A DNA stretch of 62,600 bases, filler included, from Squatina squatina (lineage: Eukaryota): NCBI GenBank assembly GCA_031763465.1. It is 4 parts of 3 records of this genome, joined end to end, with 100 filler letters (N's around TTAATTAATTAA, not from the genome) between each part and the next. Parts side by side here need not be neighbours in the genome. Positions count along the whole stretch, not along the records: positions 48,049 to 62,600 come from JARFOE010000004.1; 3 more parts are not named here. One strand, written 5' to 3'. A program made the position numbers and the translations under genes. The notes under the pieces are model-generated. The model saw nothing but the letters and a program-made list of their open reading frames with translations, did not search any database and was not told the origin of the DNA. Below are positions 51,714-62,600 of the stretch, piece by piece (the first letter of the stretch is position 1; every line of letters starts with the position of its first letter).

Positions 51714-52468
51714 NNNNNNNNNNNNNNNNNNNNNNNNNNNNNNNNNNNNNNNNNNNNNNNNNNNNNNNNNNNNNNNNNNNNNNNNNNNNNNNNNNNNNNN
51801 NNNNNNNNNNNNNATGCATTCTGTGATGTGTGCTGCATTCGCGAATGTTGGCATCAAACTACATTCAGCGTCTCTTTGGCAAGGAGGGAAATTAATCTAG
51901 AGTTTCGGTTTCTGATGTTTTTCCCAGTGCTCTCTGCTATAAACTGCACTCATGCAGACATCTGGTTTTGCTGCGAAGGCTGCCTTACAGCTAATGACCT
52001 GTTGATGTACACTATCTCTGGCTTTTGGGAGAGGTACAAGAGCCATTTTCTTTATGGAGCTATACCCCAGCTGCCTTCACCCACAGGATAGGAAAAAGGA
52101 GATGGGGGGTATAACAGTGGTTGGGGATCATTTTGAAAACTTCTGAGTTACACTTTAAGAATCCATCATTATTTTGGCGTGCAGTGTGCAGTTCTTCAGA
52201 ATTATTCTGTTTGAACTGTAGTTAAAAGTAATTTACTTTTTTTTGCTCTCATTGCTAAATAAACTTTGTTTGCACTGTTTTGAGCTTTAGAATTCATAAC
52301 AAAACAATTNNNNNNNNNNAGTACTTATATTTTTTTCTGGGCCAAGCTGTTTGACGCCAGAGTATAATTCCTTTGTTGCATACCTCTCAGACATGGCTCT
52401 TCCTCACCATGTTACACACCCAGGCGTGAATGGGTTATAATCTAATTAAAAATGACCTGTTTCACTAG

Positions 52469-52655
52469 CCGTCCAAATACCAGTTTATCCTGGTGGCTGA
52501 ACCCAATGCGTGTTGCCTATCTACTGATCTGGAGAAACTACAAGTGTTACATCATTGGATTCCTGGCCGGGCTACTCCTTTTACTGTTTGTGGCCTTGAT
52601 AATCTTCAGCATACCCCGTCAAATAAGTGAAAAAATCTTCAACGCTGGAAGGTGA
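52469..52655 (+). CDS. Type-2 ferlin terminal exon (C-terminal transmembrane anchor)
   Basis: Phase-2 acceptor ttcactAG; RPNTSLSWWLNPMRVAYLLIWRNYKCYIIGFLAGLLLLLFVALIIFSIPRQISEKIFNAGR*. Ferlin RPxTS-W-NP motif plus TM helix. Paralogue identity uncertain. Confidence 0.85.
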
Positions 52656-54099
52656 TTTTATGAGTTATGTTCTTGTCAAAAAGCTCTTGTTTTGGTAGAA
52701 GTTCTTTTTGTGGAGTGAAAGCAGTTCATCTGGTGTAAGCAAGGGACCAACTCTCACATTCTCATGTAGGGCTTATAACTAACCAGCAGATACTGGATTC
52801 ACCTAGGTGTTAAGTGATGGATGCATAAGCATATATATGTAATCAAGACAATATTCTAAGACATATTAAACTGCAATGCATTCTATTCATTCCCATTAAT
52901 TAGAAGGTGTAACACAAGCATGGCATTTTTTGGCATGTGGCTTATGCATTCATGAGGCTTGTTTTCTTGTTACATTATAGCAATGTGATACAACATACAG
53001 GGAGACTTGATGAGAACCAGGTTCAAATCCAGCTCACTATTAAGTAGGGCAAGTAATTTGCCTGAAAGNNNNNNNNNNNNNNNNNNNNNNNNNNNNNNNN
53101 NNNNNNNNNNNNNNNNNNNNNNNNNNNNNNNNNNNNNNNNNNNNNNNNNNNNNNNNNNNNNNNNNNNNTAGCACGTTCATTACTTCCAGGGCTTTTAAGC
53201 AAAACTGCTTTATTTGAGCAGCAAATTGGACTACATGGTGCAAGTTGAGATATTTGTGGGATTTGTTGCAGGATATTGCCCACTTCAAATCACTTGCCGT
53301 GGAAAATCAGAGCAGCATAAAGACATGACAGTAGGCATGCCACATCATCAGGCCCAGAGGCCTACCGTGCACGTGCCATTGCCCCAATGCAGGACTGAAG
53401 TGCTGTTGGAGCATGTGAGAGGCACTCTAATCACTCGGTGACCAGTTGGAGTGGGCATTTCAGGGGAAGCAAAGAAAATACCCACATATCTAAGAAACAC
53501 TAGTTTGAGAAGGTGAGAGCATATTTGTCCAACCACAATTACAGATAAATCTGTTATTTTTCTATCAGACCAGCTCTAGTATTAATGTAATTTTCATGAC
53601 TAATAAATAAAGTAGCACTTTACAAGGCATGATTGCACTGTGGGAAATGGCAGACAGTATGCCCTGGATAACATTAATGTTCTATTTGCTTTGTAATTGA
53701 TAATTGCCTCTCTTTGTAATACATTTCTCATTGTGTACATCCATGAAAATATGAAAGGTTTTTGTGGACATACAATTGTACTATCATGTTCTATTTTGTG
53801 TTACTCTTTGTATGGATCTTTTTTGTGTAACTAACTTTTGGTTCATGTTGTGAAAACAATGCAAAAAAAAATGAGCTATTAAAATTTGAAATAAAGTATT
53901 AAAAATATCTGCATCAAACTGGGGACACTGTCTTCCATTAGCTAGGTGTTTCCAGTGAAACCAATCAACTTACAGACAAGACCATTGCATTAGTTAACTN
54001 NNNNNNNNNNNNNNNNNNNNNNNNNNNNNNNNNNNNNNNNNNNNNNNNNNNNNNNNNNNNNNNNNNNNNNNNNNNNNNNNNNNNNNNNNNNNNNNNNNN

Positions 54100-55251
54100 T
54101 ATGGAGAGGTGCACGGAGGGCGATGTGCTTGCAATCATTTGCACCCTGCACCCTGGGGAACCTGGCTATATTGGCGAACCCCAGGGCTTACTATTGCTAT
54201 AAAGGCTATAAAGGTATGATATGCACTGCCTTCTTTTTCTGTAGAGTAATTTGGTGACCTGTCTAATGGAGCAATGGACTGCATAATGGAAGATGTTGGA
54301 GATGTCACTGGTAGCACCTTGAAATGATCCATTCGCGTAAAAGTTCAGTGCTACTGTTACTTTCACGGCCACAGAAAGAGCTGTGAAAGCCCTGCTCTGT
54401 GGCTGCAGGTCAGCCTGAAGGCCTTGGCATAGTTCAGTGATGGCTTCCTTCCTGAAACGGAGTCTTCAAAAGCATTGCTCATCCGTCATCTGCAGGTAGC
54501 TGAACTGATGTCTGAAGACTCGGTGAGCATATCTCCTTCCTCGCCGACCCCTTGGAGGATGCTGTAAGGGTCTGGCCTGTGCCACCACTGGTTGAGCTGG
54601 CTCTGGCAAGTCAAGGGGTTGTTCGGTGTGGTCATGGTGCGGAGCTGGTGCTTCCTCCTCCCTACCCTCATTTTGCACGGGCGTCATCTCTCTCTGCTCC
54701 AAAAGGAGCCGACACCTCTCCCTGAGGTACCTCATGTGGTGTCGGCAGAGTTCCCAGTCCACCGCTAAAGCAGCAACCATGCCCGATTGGGAACGATCTG
54801 GTGAACAGTAAAATGCTCACCCAAAAGCAAAGTTATCTGTGGGAAACACAGCCCCTGGCTTGCAGACAATACCTCCAGTCCGATTGAACTGTCAGCAATG
54901 CAATTTCTGCAAGCAACATGGCGAACTCACCTACCCCTTTAAATAGTGCCAGAAATCATGGGAGGGAGTGTGTCACCACCTGAAAAAACGTTATTTCTTG
55001 AGGTTTGTAGCGCTACCGAATTGCTTGTGGGGTGGCCATTTTAGGTGTTGCGCTTCTTGATGATGTCATGGAGGCCATCCAACGCCCGACACCATGTTTC
55101 CAGTGCTCCGGGCACAGCGCCCATTTGGCACCGGCGCTGGTCTGATGCGATTTTGGCAGCGGAGCCCCTTAGTGCCCGAAACGGGTGTCACACCCCTAGC
55201 GCCTCTTTCACGCTCATTCTGTGCCTGCGCTAAAGGGCCAATTGGGCGCCC
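54100..55251 (-). mobile_element. Harbinger transposon with decayed HARBI1-like DDE transposase
   Basis: RVFRHQFSYLQMTDEQCF*RLRFRKEAITELC...LSVAVKVTVALNFYANGSFQ.../FPRVQGANDCKHIALRAP, with a stop and frameshifts; terminus GGGCGCCCAATT at 55251. Confidence 0.88.
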
Positions 55252-55732
55252 TACATATTTAAAATGAATTAAAATGGCATTTAATTAAATATTTAAAATA
55301 AAAATTTAATTTTTTGAGAAATAAATTTACATGCTTTAATGGGGCTAAAAATAAACTTACCTTACTGTACAGGGTTTTTAATGTAAATGATTGATAACAT
55401 TTTATTTTTCTGTTTTTTTAAACTCTTACATTGGTAAAAGCAGACCTTATGCCGCTTTTACCAGGCGTAAGAATTTCACGGGCATTCGCTGGGCAGAGGT
55501 TGGGCAAATAGCCCAACTCTCCGCCGGGGAGGCCCTTTGCCCGAGGATCCGGGAATCTGTCAAGAGAATTCTTGACAGGTCTCATGTTCTGGGTTTTAGC
55601 GCATGCCTAAACCCGGAACTTGTGCGGCCCCTACGGGTGCATGCGCACCTTGTACGCGCCCATAGGGGCCACAAATTATGGCCCATTATCTTGACTCTTA
55701 ATAATTGGCTTATAATTGATATATATTTATAT

Positions 55733-55826
55733 CTGACGAAAGGTCATCAACCTGAAACGTTAACTATTTCTCTCTCCACAGATGCTGCTGACCTGCTGAA
55801 TATTTCCAGCACTTTCTGTTTTTATT
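55733..55826 (+). mobile_element. Penelope-type terminal repeat with minimal hammerhead ribozyme core
   Basis: CTGACGA-A-AGGT-catca-ACCT-GAAACGTT-AACT, then TCTCTCCACAGATGCTGC...TTTCCAGC...TTTCTGTTTTTATT. Confidence 0.6.
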
Positions 55827-55920
55827 GTATAATTGACCAGTTATCATTTAAAGGTTGCTACTAGTTCCATGCCCACCAATTTGTTTTTCTTCACACTTAA
55901 ACACATTAAAGAATTCCTAC

Positions 55921-56156
55921 CTCCCAGAATAACTTCTTCTGCCAGTTGAACAGCTGATTTTTTCTTCTTGGCACAGGATACAATTGGTCCAACATTCTTC
56001 ATAAAACACAGATCTGGCATTGTCCAACTCAAGCCCATCTGTTGCTCATGGATTATTCGGTCAGCATCGAGGGCCTTTCTGACTAGATCCTTTGCCTCTT
56101 CCTCGTTCATTAACCAAATGCCTTCAAATTTCTTTGCATCAATTGCAGCAAAATGT
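55921..56156 (-). CDS. DRC1: Dynein regulatory complex subunit 1 (CCDC164) internal exon
   Basis: 236-bp exon (ttttatcAG ... GTAGGA): HFAAIDAKKFEGIWLMNEEEAKDLVRKALDADRIIHEQQMGLSWTMPDLCFMKNVGPI...KSAVQLAEEVILG. IWLMNEEEAKDL matches DRC1; lies between OTOF and SELENOI. Confidence 0.9.
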
Positions 56157-57088
56157 CTGATAAAAGAAAATATAAAGTACTGATTTTTACAATATTCTAA
56201 TCAAATACTTATCAAGCTTTTTTTTCGTAGAGTGTGTTAAAACAGCATTAACTGCCTTTATGAGTAGCCGAGCAGACTTACAAATTTTACTTGGGGGACC
56301 TGTTAATTTTATACTTGTGTAATTCTGTGCTAATATCAAAAATTATGGGGCCTGCTTGTATCGGCATCTCCATGCTTCTGAGCACTTTATAGACTTGGAT
56401 AATTTCTCTGCTCTCAATCTTCTTTTCTCCAATAATATCAATTCAGCTCTGTAAGCCACTCTTCATAACCTCAAGGCCAAAGTCACAGAATCATCCGGTC
56501 ACTCTTCTCTCAGCTCTCTCTATCATATTAATGGCCTTTTAAAACCTGGATGCCCAAAACTGTGTACATTACTTCAAAAATGGTCTTGCTATATGGTTTA
56601 ACTTGTTTGAACTCTTTATCAAATGCCTCAAGATGCACTCCCCTCACATAATTAGCCTTGCTAATAACAACTTCACAATAATTGGATGTATTCAGAAAAA
56701 TGGCTAATAATCAGCCAAGAGGAGGCCAGTTCTTCATATGGTATGTTCATCATGTACAACTCCTCCTCCCTATCCTATTTCATCATTTACAGCTTTAAAG
56801 TTTAAAGAGACATATTGGGCTGGTAATTCTGGAATTGGGAGTTCTCATNNNNNNNNNNNNNNNNNNNNNNNNNNNNNNNNNNNNNNNNNNNNNNNNNNNN
56901 NNNNNNNNNNNNNNNNNNNNNNNNNNNNNNNNNNNNNNNNNNNNNNNNAAGTCACAAAGGTCTTTAAAGTACTTAAGCTTGACAAAAATTTTTTTTTAAT
57001 TGATTCTGACAAAATGTGTATATAACACTATGTTTACAAACCCCACAGAAAAGCTGCATTAAAACCAATTTAACTACCAGTTGGCAAG

Positions 57089-57105
57089 TTTATTTCACTT
57101 TTATT
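57089..57105 (-). promoter_or_regulatory. Candidate distal poly(A) signals of SELENOI
   Basis: Two minus-strand AATAAA (57100-57105, 57089-57094) followed by U/GU-rich sequence (TTGGTTTT...TTTTCTGTGGGGTTTGT). Confidence 0.4.
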
Positions 57106-60100
57106 GTGTGCCTCACCAATAAAGTCATGGCCAAATTTCGTTTGCCGTCTAGTATTGAAGCTATACAATTGTTACTAATGCTGCAACTTGCAAATGTTTC
57201 ACTTTACAATGTCAAAATATTTTTAAGAATCTTTCAATTTAACAGAAGGGGTTGTCAGAATTTAAGATTTCCCCCAAGTGTTTCAATCATACTCCGTTTT
57301 GTAGAACCCCTCATCAAACAAGCCCTGTCCAAAAATATCCTGCATCTGCAAGCCATAATATTGTAATATTTTAGTTTTATGGAAAATTCATAACTTTGAG
57401 TACCTCTAATTTTTCTGAAATATTACTCATTTAAGGTGAAAACAGGTAAATTTTATCCCATGTTGTATCAATCACTAACAATTTATGATTAAAGGGAAAA
57501 ATTCACCAGGCAATTGATTGCAAATATACGTAATTTTTTTTAAATTGCCATCCGAGTTTTACATCTTAGCATATGCAAAATTGACTTTTCTTCTCGTACT
57601 CCCTTGTTTCCCAGTAAACCATTGTAAACTTGTGAAAATACATGGGAGGGAGAAGAGACAGAAAATGAGCAACCTCTAACATTCACAGCCTCAGAAAAAC
57701 ATCAGAGCAGAAAAATATTACTGAACACATATCTAATAGAGATAAAACTGTACATAAATATTCAGATTAAGTTACCTGTATGCATAAGAGGTTGAGCATT
57801 AACAATAATTGCATACCTTCACTGAATGTTTAACTGTAACCAGGCTTCTCTGAATTATACAGTGTGTAAATAATTAAACCAGTTAAACAATCATTCACAG
57901 ATTAAAAGTCAGTATTAAGTGAGCAGCAAAATGGTTTATTAACTATATTAATAAAATCTGGTTTCAAAGGATAGAAAACAGAAGACAGATCTTGATATAG
58001 TTGAATGCTAAATTACAGGTTTGCCAAAAACATTTCATGACCACTGTGCAAATTGAACTGAATAACAGTGCACTGGAATGTCATGCTTGAAAAGCACTTC
58101 AAAATCTAGTATACATCTGGCAAGGTTCAATATTATAGAAAGCCGAAAACATGGTGTGTGGAAATAATTTAGTTATCCGTCTGATTGTACAGGACCTCCG
58201 GTACTTTGGGTATATGGGAACAGCCACAATGCACCTTTGGAACCAAAAGCACAAAAGGCCACAATAGTTACTGAATCCACTTCATAATCACATATAAAGA
58301 GGTTTACAGATCTCAGTGCTAAATAAGTTAACTAATTGTGCTAAGAGAGTGATGTAAACAAAGCCAAAATTTGACCATCAGCCCTTTATACACAATATTT
58401 GAAGTTTTCCAGAAATTTTAGACTGCCACTGCTTCAAAAAAACTTACAACACGGTTATAGGGTGCTCTTTTTTTCTGCTATATCGTGCATGGTTTAAAAT
58501 AAAAAAGACCAAGGAAAATACTGCAGTCCTGCAAGAAATATCAAGTCCAAGGTGAAAATTGCACCCAATGAATTATCGCTTTTGGAAAAAAGCAAAAAGT
58601 CTAGTTTGTAGCGCATGGGAAAGTGTTCAATACTATCCTTATCTTCTATAAATAAATAAAAATCAGTTACATGAGTCACCCGTGAGTGCAACAATGTTCA
58701 CCATTTTCTCCACACAGCATCTGGTTAATATAACTTTTATTTAAAGCTTACAATTTAGGGGGAATATTGTGCTTTTGCAGGTTACTTCTGTGAATTTAAT
58801 ATAAAAATATAGCAAAATCCTGTGATACCTACAGGCACACAAGCTCTGGACATTTCATCCCTTACTCAATGTCAGAAAATTTGAGTGCAGAGTGCCAGAA
58901 AATAACCCATTTGCACCATCAGAACCTGCACATTCTCCAGTAATTTTTCATTTTTCAAGTCAGAAATTCATGTTACTGTACTTGTAATATCATGGATCAT
59001 ATCAAGTGTAATCTAAAATAGCCTTCTTACACACAAAATTCATTCATCTCAATAGGGCAGCAGTTCCATTTTTTTATTAACAGGGAGAATGGAAATTGTA
59101 TCCTGCATATTGTACAAAATAAGGGCTGGTTGAAAATGATTCACGGAACGTGCGCCTATAACAATTTCAAAACGATACACACATCAATGCTTCACGCCAA
59201 ACCATTAATCAATGTTCCACTTCCGGCAATGAAGATGCCAGATGGAGAGGAAAGTAAAAGGATTTGTACAGTTACATGACAGTAACATAATTGTAGCAAA
59301 CAAAAATGGATGTCCTTAAGAAATATTGCTGCAATTATGTAAACAGCAGTTGGTNNNNNNNNNNNNNNNNNNNNNNNNNNNNNNNNNNNNNNNNNNNNNN
59401 NNNNNNNNNNNNNNNNNNNNNNNNNNNNNNNNNNNNNNNNNNNNNNNNNNNNNNNNNNNNNNNNNNNNNNNNNNNNNNNNNNNNNNNNNNNNNNNNNNNN
59501 NNNNNNNNNNNNNNNNNNNNNNNNNNNNNNNNNNNNNNNNNNNNNNNNNNNNNNNNNNNNNNNNNNNNNNNNNNNNNNNNNNNNNNNNNNNNNNNNNNNN
59601 NNNNNNNNNNNNNNNNNNNNNNNNNNNNNNNNNNNNNNNNNNNNNNNNNNNNNNNNNNNNNNNNNNNNNNNNNNNNNNNNNNNNNNNNNNNNNNNNNNNN
59701 NNNNNNNNNNNNNNNNNNNNNNNNNNNNNNNNNNNNNNNNNNNNNNNNNNNNNNNNNNNNNNNNNNNNNNNNNNNNNNNNNNNNNNNNNNNNNNNNNNNN
59801 NNNNNNNNNNNNNNNNNNNNNNNNNNNNNNNNNNNNNNNNNNNNNNNNNNNNNNNNNNNNNNNNNNNNNNNNNNNNNNNNNNNNNNNNNNNNNNNNNNNN
59901 NNNNNNNNNNNNNNNNNNNNNNNNNNNNNNNNNNNNNNNNNNNNNNNNNNNNNNNNNNNNNNNNNNNNNNNNNNNNNNNNNNNNNNNNNNNNNNNNNNNN
60001 NNNNNNNNNNNNNNNNNNNNNNNNNNNNNNNNNNNNNNNNNNNNNNNNNNNNNNNNNNNNNNNNNNNNNNNNNNNNNNNNNNNGTGGTGTACAGCTGCAA

Positions 60101-60627
60101 CACAACTTCAAATTGTAAATTAAATTGGTGCACTAAGCAGTCTTGCGAGCATCTCATGGAAGATAATATAAATAAATTAACATATTTTAAATCTTTATGG
60201 TACACTAATTTGGATCAGTTGAATTCCTTTAAACTGAAATTGGAGCCAGTTCAAAATCGTTAACACAAATTAGTAAACAAAATATTAGAATTGGAACTGT
60301 TCTACTTGCCCAAACTATACTTTGAACAGAAGTTACACTGATGTAATATGAAAATGTTTTATTATAGCAAGCTTCACCAGTAAGAGATACCTCTATGGAA
60401 AAGAGACCATTGACTAAATTGTACTCAACATATAAGAAGGATCCATCAAATTATTTTAACAAAAATATGAATTCTTACACCACAAAGCAGGACTGTCTGA
60501 ACATTCCCCCTACTGTAGTGTAATTGCTAAAATGTGAAAATCTACACAATATATTCATTGCCTTTCCTAAAGAGAGTTTAGGTACAAAACCTCTGGTTGT
60601 GCACCTAAACTAAATACAATTACTGCT

Positions 60628-60697
60628 AATCATGCTTGTTCCTTCCAAGTATACCTTGCTCTAAGACTTTTAGTATACTCTTCATTCAAGCACAATC
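60628..60697 (-). promoter_or_regulatory. SECIS element in the SELENOI 3' UTR
   Basis: RNA: GAUUGUGCUUG-A-AUGAA-GAGUAUACU-AAAAGUCUUAGAGCAA-GGUAUACUU-GGAA-GGAA-CAAGCAUGAUU. It shows helix I, an AUGA/GA non-Watson-Crick core, a 9-bp helix II and unpaired apical As. Confidence 0.9.
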
Positions 60698-61194
60698 CTC
60701 CATGAAAGAAAACCAGAATTTATAGTAGAAAATCGGCATGCATTCACCACCGCAAAGCTGAATATTTGAAACAAAAGAAAAAGTGAAAACAGCAATTTAA
60801 GAGGTTTTGATTTGTTTCTGATAATCCACAATGTTTAAAAACTTTACATTTTCATTCAATTCCCTTTGCAAATTTTATAATTTACTCATTCAAAAAAAAG
60901 CCTTCTTTAAATACATGCCTTAAATATAGGCTGTGGCAAATTCCAACATACTAGGTTCACATACTATTCCCTCTTTTTAAAGACCTGCAAGTTCCAATAT
61001 CAGCAACTTTGCTCAATTGGGCTTTAAAGGCAAGTGAATGTTCAGTCTCTCTAGTATTATAAGCGAGGTGGAATTGTCTTTCAAAACATGTCATTTCAAT
61101 AAAAGAGTAAAAACGTGCAGTACCAAATACTTTGTGAAATATTTCTTTATCATTGGTGATAATTACCGTTTGTCTTTTTTTTCTGTTTTGGTAG

Positions 61195-61368
<174 letters not shown>

Positions 61369-61768
61369 TAATGCTTTACAGGTAGGTCACCCCTAAATTG
61401 TCAGCAGCAGATGTAGGATGACTATTGCTCACTGTAATCTAAGTAAATATTTGTATCGATAGCTGACATTTTGGTCATCAAAAATATTATACCAAAATGT
61501 GTTTCTACTTACCACCTAATATTTGTGCTATGAGATTAAATAAATTAAATTGATTTCTATTCATTACGTGTGTAACAGAACTGTAAAAAATGAATGGCCA
61601 TTTTCCATTGTAGTGTTCCTGCTGTCCTGAAATGTTCCGTAGAAAATTAAATCTTTTGTAGAAANNNNNNNNNNNNNNNNNNNNNNNNNNNNNNNNNNNN
61701 NNNNNNNNNNNNNNNNNNNNNNNNNNNNNNNNNNNNNNNNNNNNNNNNNNNNNNNNNNNNNNNNTTCT

Positions 61769-61879
61769 TTACAATTCAGAAGCCTGCAAGCCAATTTTCT
61801 GTTCCTCCTCTAGTCATTCTGTATTCGGTTTCTTCAGGGAGAAGGCGTAAATGTTAAAATGTTTGCTCAGCTGATTCAC
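61769..61879 (-). CDS. SELENOI: Selenoprotein I / ethanolaminephosphotransferase 1, last coding exon with in-frame Sec UGA
   Basis: Acceptor ttttatcttaaaacAG; VNQLSKHFNIYAFSLKKPNTE-U(TGA 61816-61814)-LEEEQKIGLQASEL*(TAA). Aligns with recalled human [32 protein letters not shown]. Syntenic with DRC1 and OTOF. Confidence 0.92.
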
Positions 61880-62264
61880 CTGTTTTAAGATAAAATAAAA
61901 TTACTGTACTCCCAAGTTTAAAAAAAAAAGGATTTTTTTTTTTACTTCCCTGGAAAATGACACGTATCTAATTCATGTATCTATTTTCAATTCCAAGGCT
62001 TACTGGGTTATTTGTGGTATTTTTCTTTCATTGTGAACTGTTCTAAAACTACTTAGAGTTCTTTACCCATTCACCCTGAGTGAGCAATATATATTCTAAG
62101 CTCCAGAAATGAAACAATACTATGCTAACCCACCTATATAGCATCTATTCTAAAATTAACATAGAAATGCTGCAAACACACAGTTCAATCATTAGTGGTA
62201 AAGAAGTTTTGAGTGTTTACCCTTCAACAGAATTGCCTTTCAAAGCTACTGTGTCATGTACTGT

Positions 62265-62600
62265 AGGGCTTGACAGGGTAGACGCAGGGAGGATGTTTTC
62301 CCTGGCTGGGAGGGTCCAGAACACAGTCTTAAAATAAAGGGTAGGCCATTTAGGACTGAGATGAGGAGATATTTCTTCACTCAGAGGGTAGTGAATATTT
62401 AGAATTGTCCACCCCAGAGGGCTGTTGAAGCTCAGTCATTGAGTATATTCAAAATAAAGATTGATAAGATTTCTAGATATTAAAGGCAACAAGGGATATG
62501 GGGATAGTGCAAGAAAATGGCGTTGAGGTCGAAGCTGAGCCATGATCTTATTGAATGGAAGAGCAGGCTCGAGGGGCCGAATGGTCTACTCCTGTTCCTA
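62265..62600 (+). mobile_element. CR1 LINE 3' end (intronic in SELENOI)
   Basis: GLDRVDAGRMFSL...FRTEMRRYFFTQRVVNI, with tail GAATGGTCTACTCCTGTTCCTA. Confidence 0.88.

Noticed and set aside
54466-54468. In-frame TGA in the Harbinger transposase as another recoding site
   Set aside because: Best explained as CGA>TGA decay in a copy that also has frameshifts; no SECIS is associated.

Overview
Eukaryotic, vertebrate genomic DNA, most likely a cartilaginous fish (inferred from shark-type DeuSINEs, CR1/L2 LINEs, Penelope tails and Harbinger elements). The assembly is very fragmentary: short contigs are joined by mostly 100-N gaps, and three artificial N44-TTAATTAATTAA-N44 linkers (15060, 29890, 47993) split the window into four probably unrelated scaffolds. 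Scaffold 1 has single exons of MTBP(+), SNTB1(-) and HAS2(-) plus a ~4.4 kb (GGAGT)n-based satellite. Scaffold 2 has exons of a GPRC6A-like receptor, a CD40/RANK-type TNF receptor and SCARA5. Scaffold 3 has only repeats and non-coding DNA. Scaffold 4 has OTOF(+), a ferlin terminal exon, DRC1(-) and the last exon of SELENOI/EPT1(-). The strongest signal missed by the ORF track is a selenocysteine recoding cassette: an in-frame UGA in SELENOI (61814-61816) and a well-formed SECIS hairpin in its 3' UTR (60628-60697). This is established biology, not a new system. Other points of interest are a hammerhead ribozyme core in a Penelope-type tail, an unexpected splice acceptor inside the SNTB1 PDZ exon, and a ferlin terminal exon that looks more like FER1L6/FER1L4 than OTOF. 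Gene identities come from recalled protein similarity and synteny; no database search was run, and repeat boundaries are approximate.
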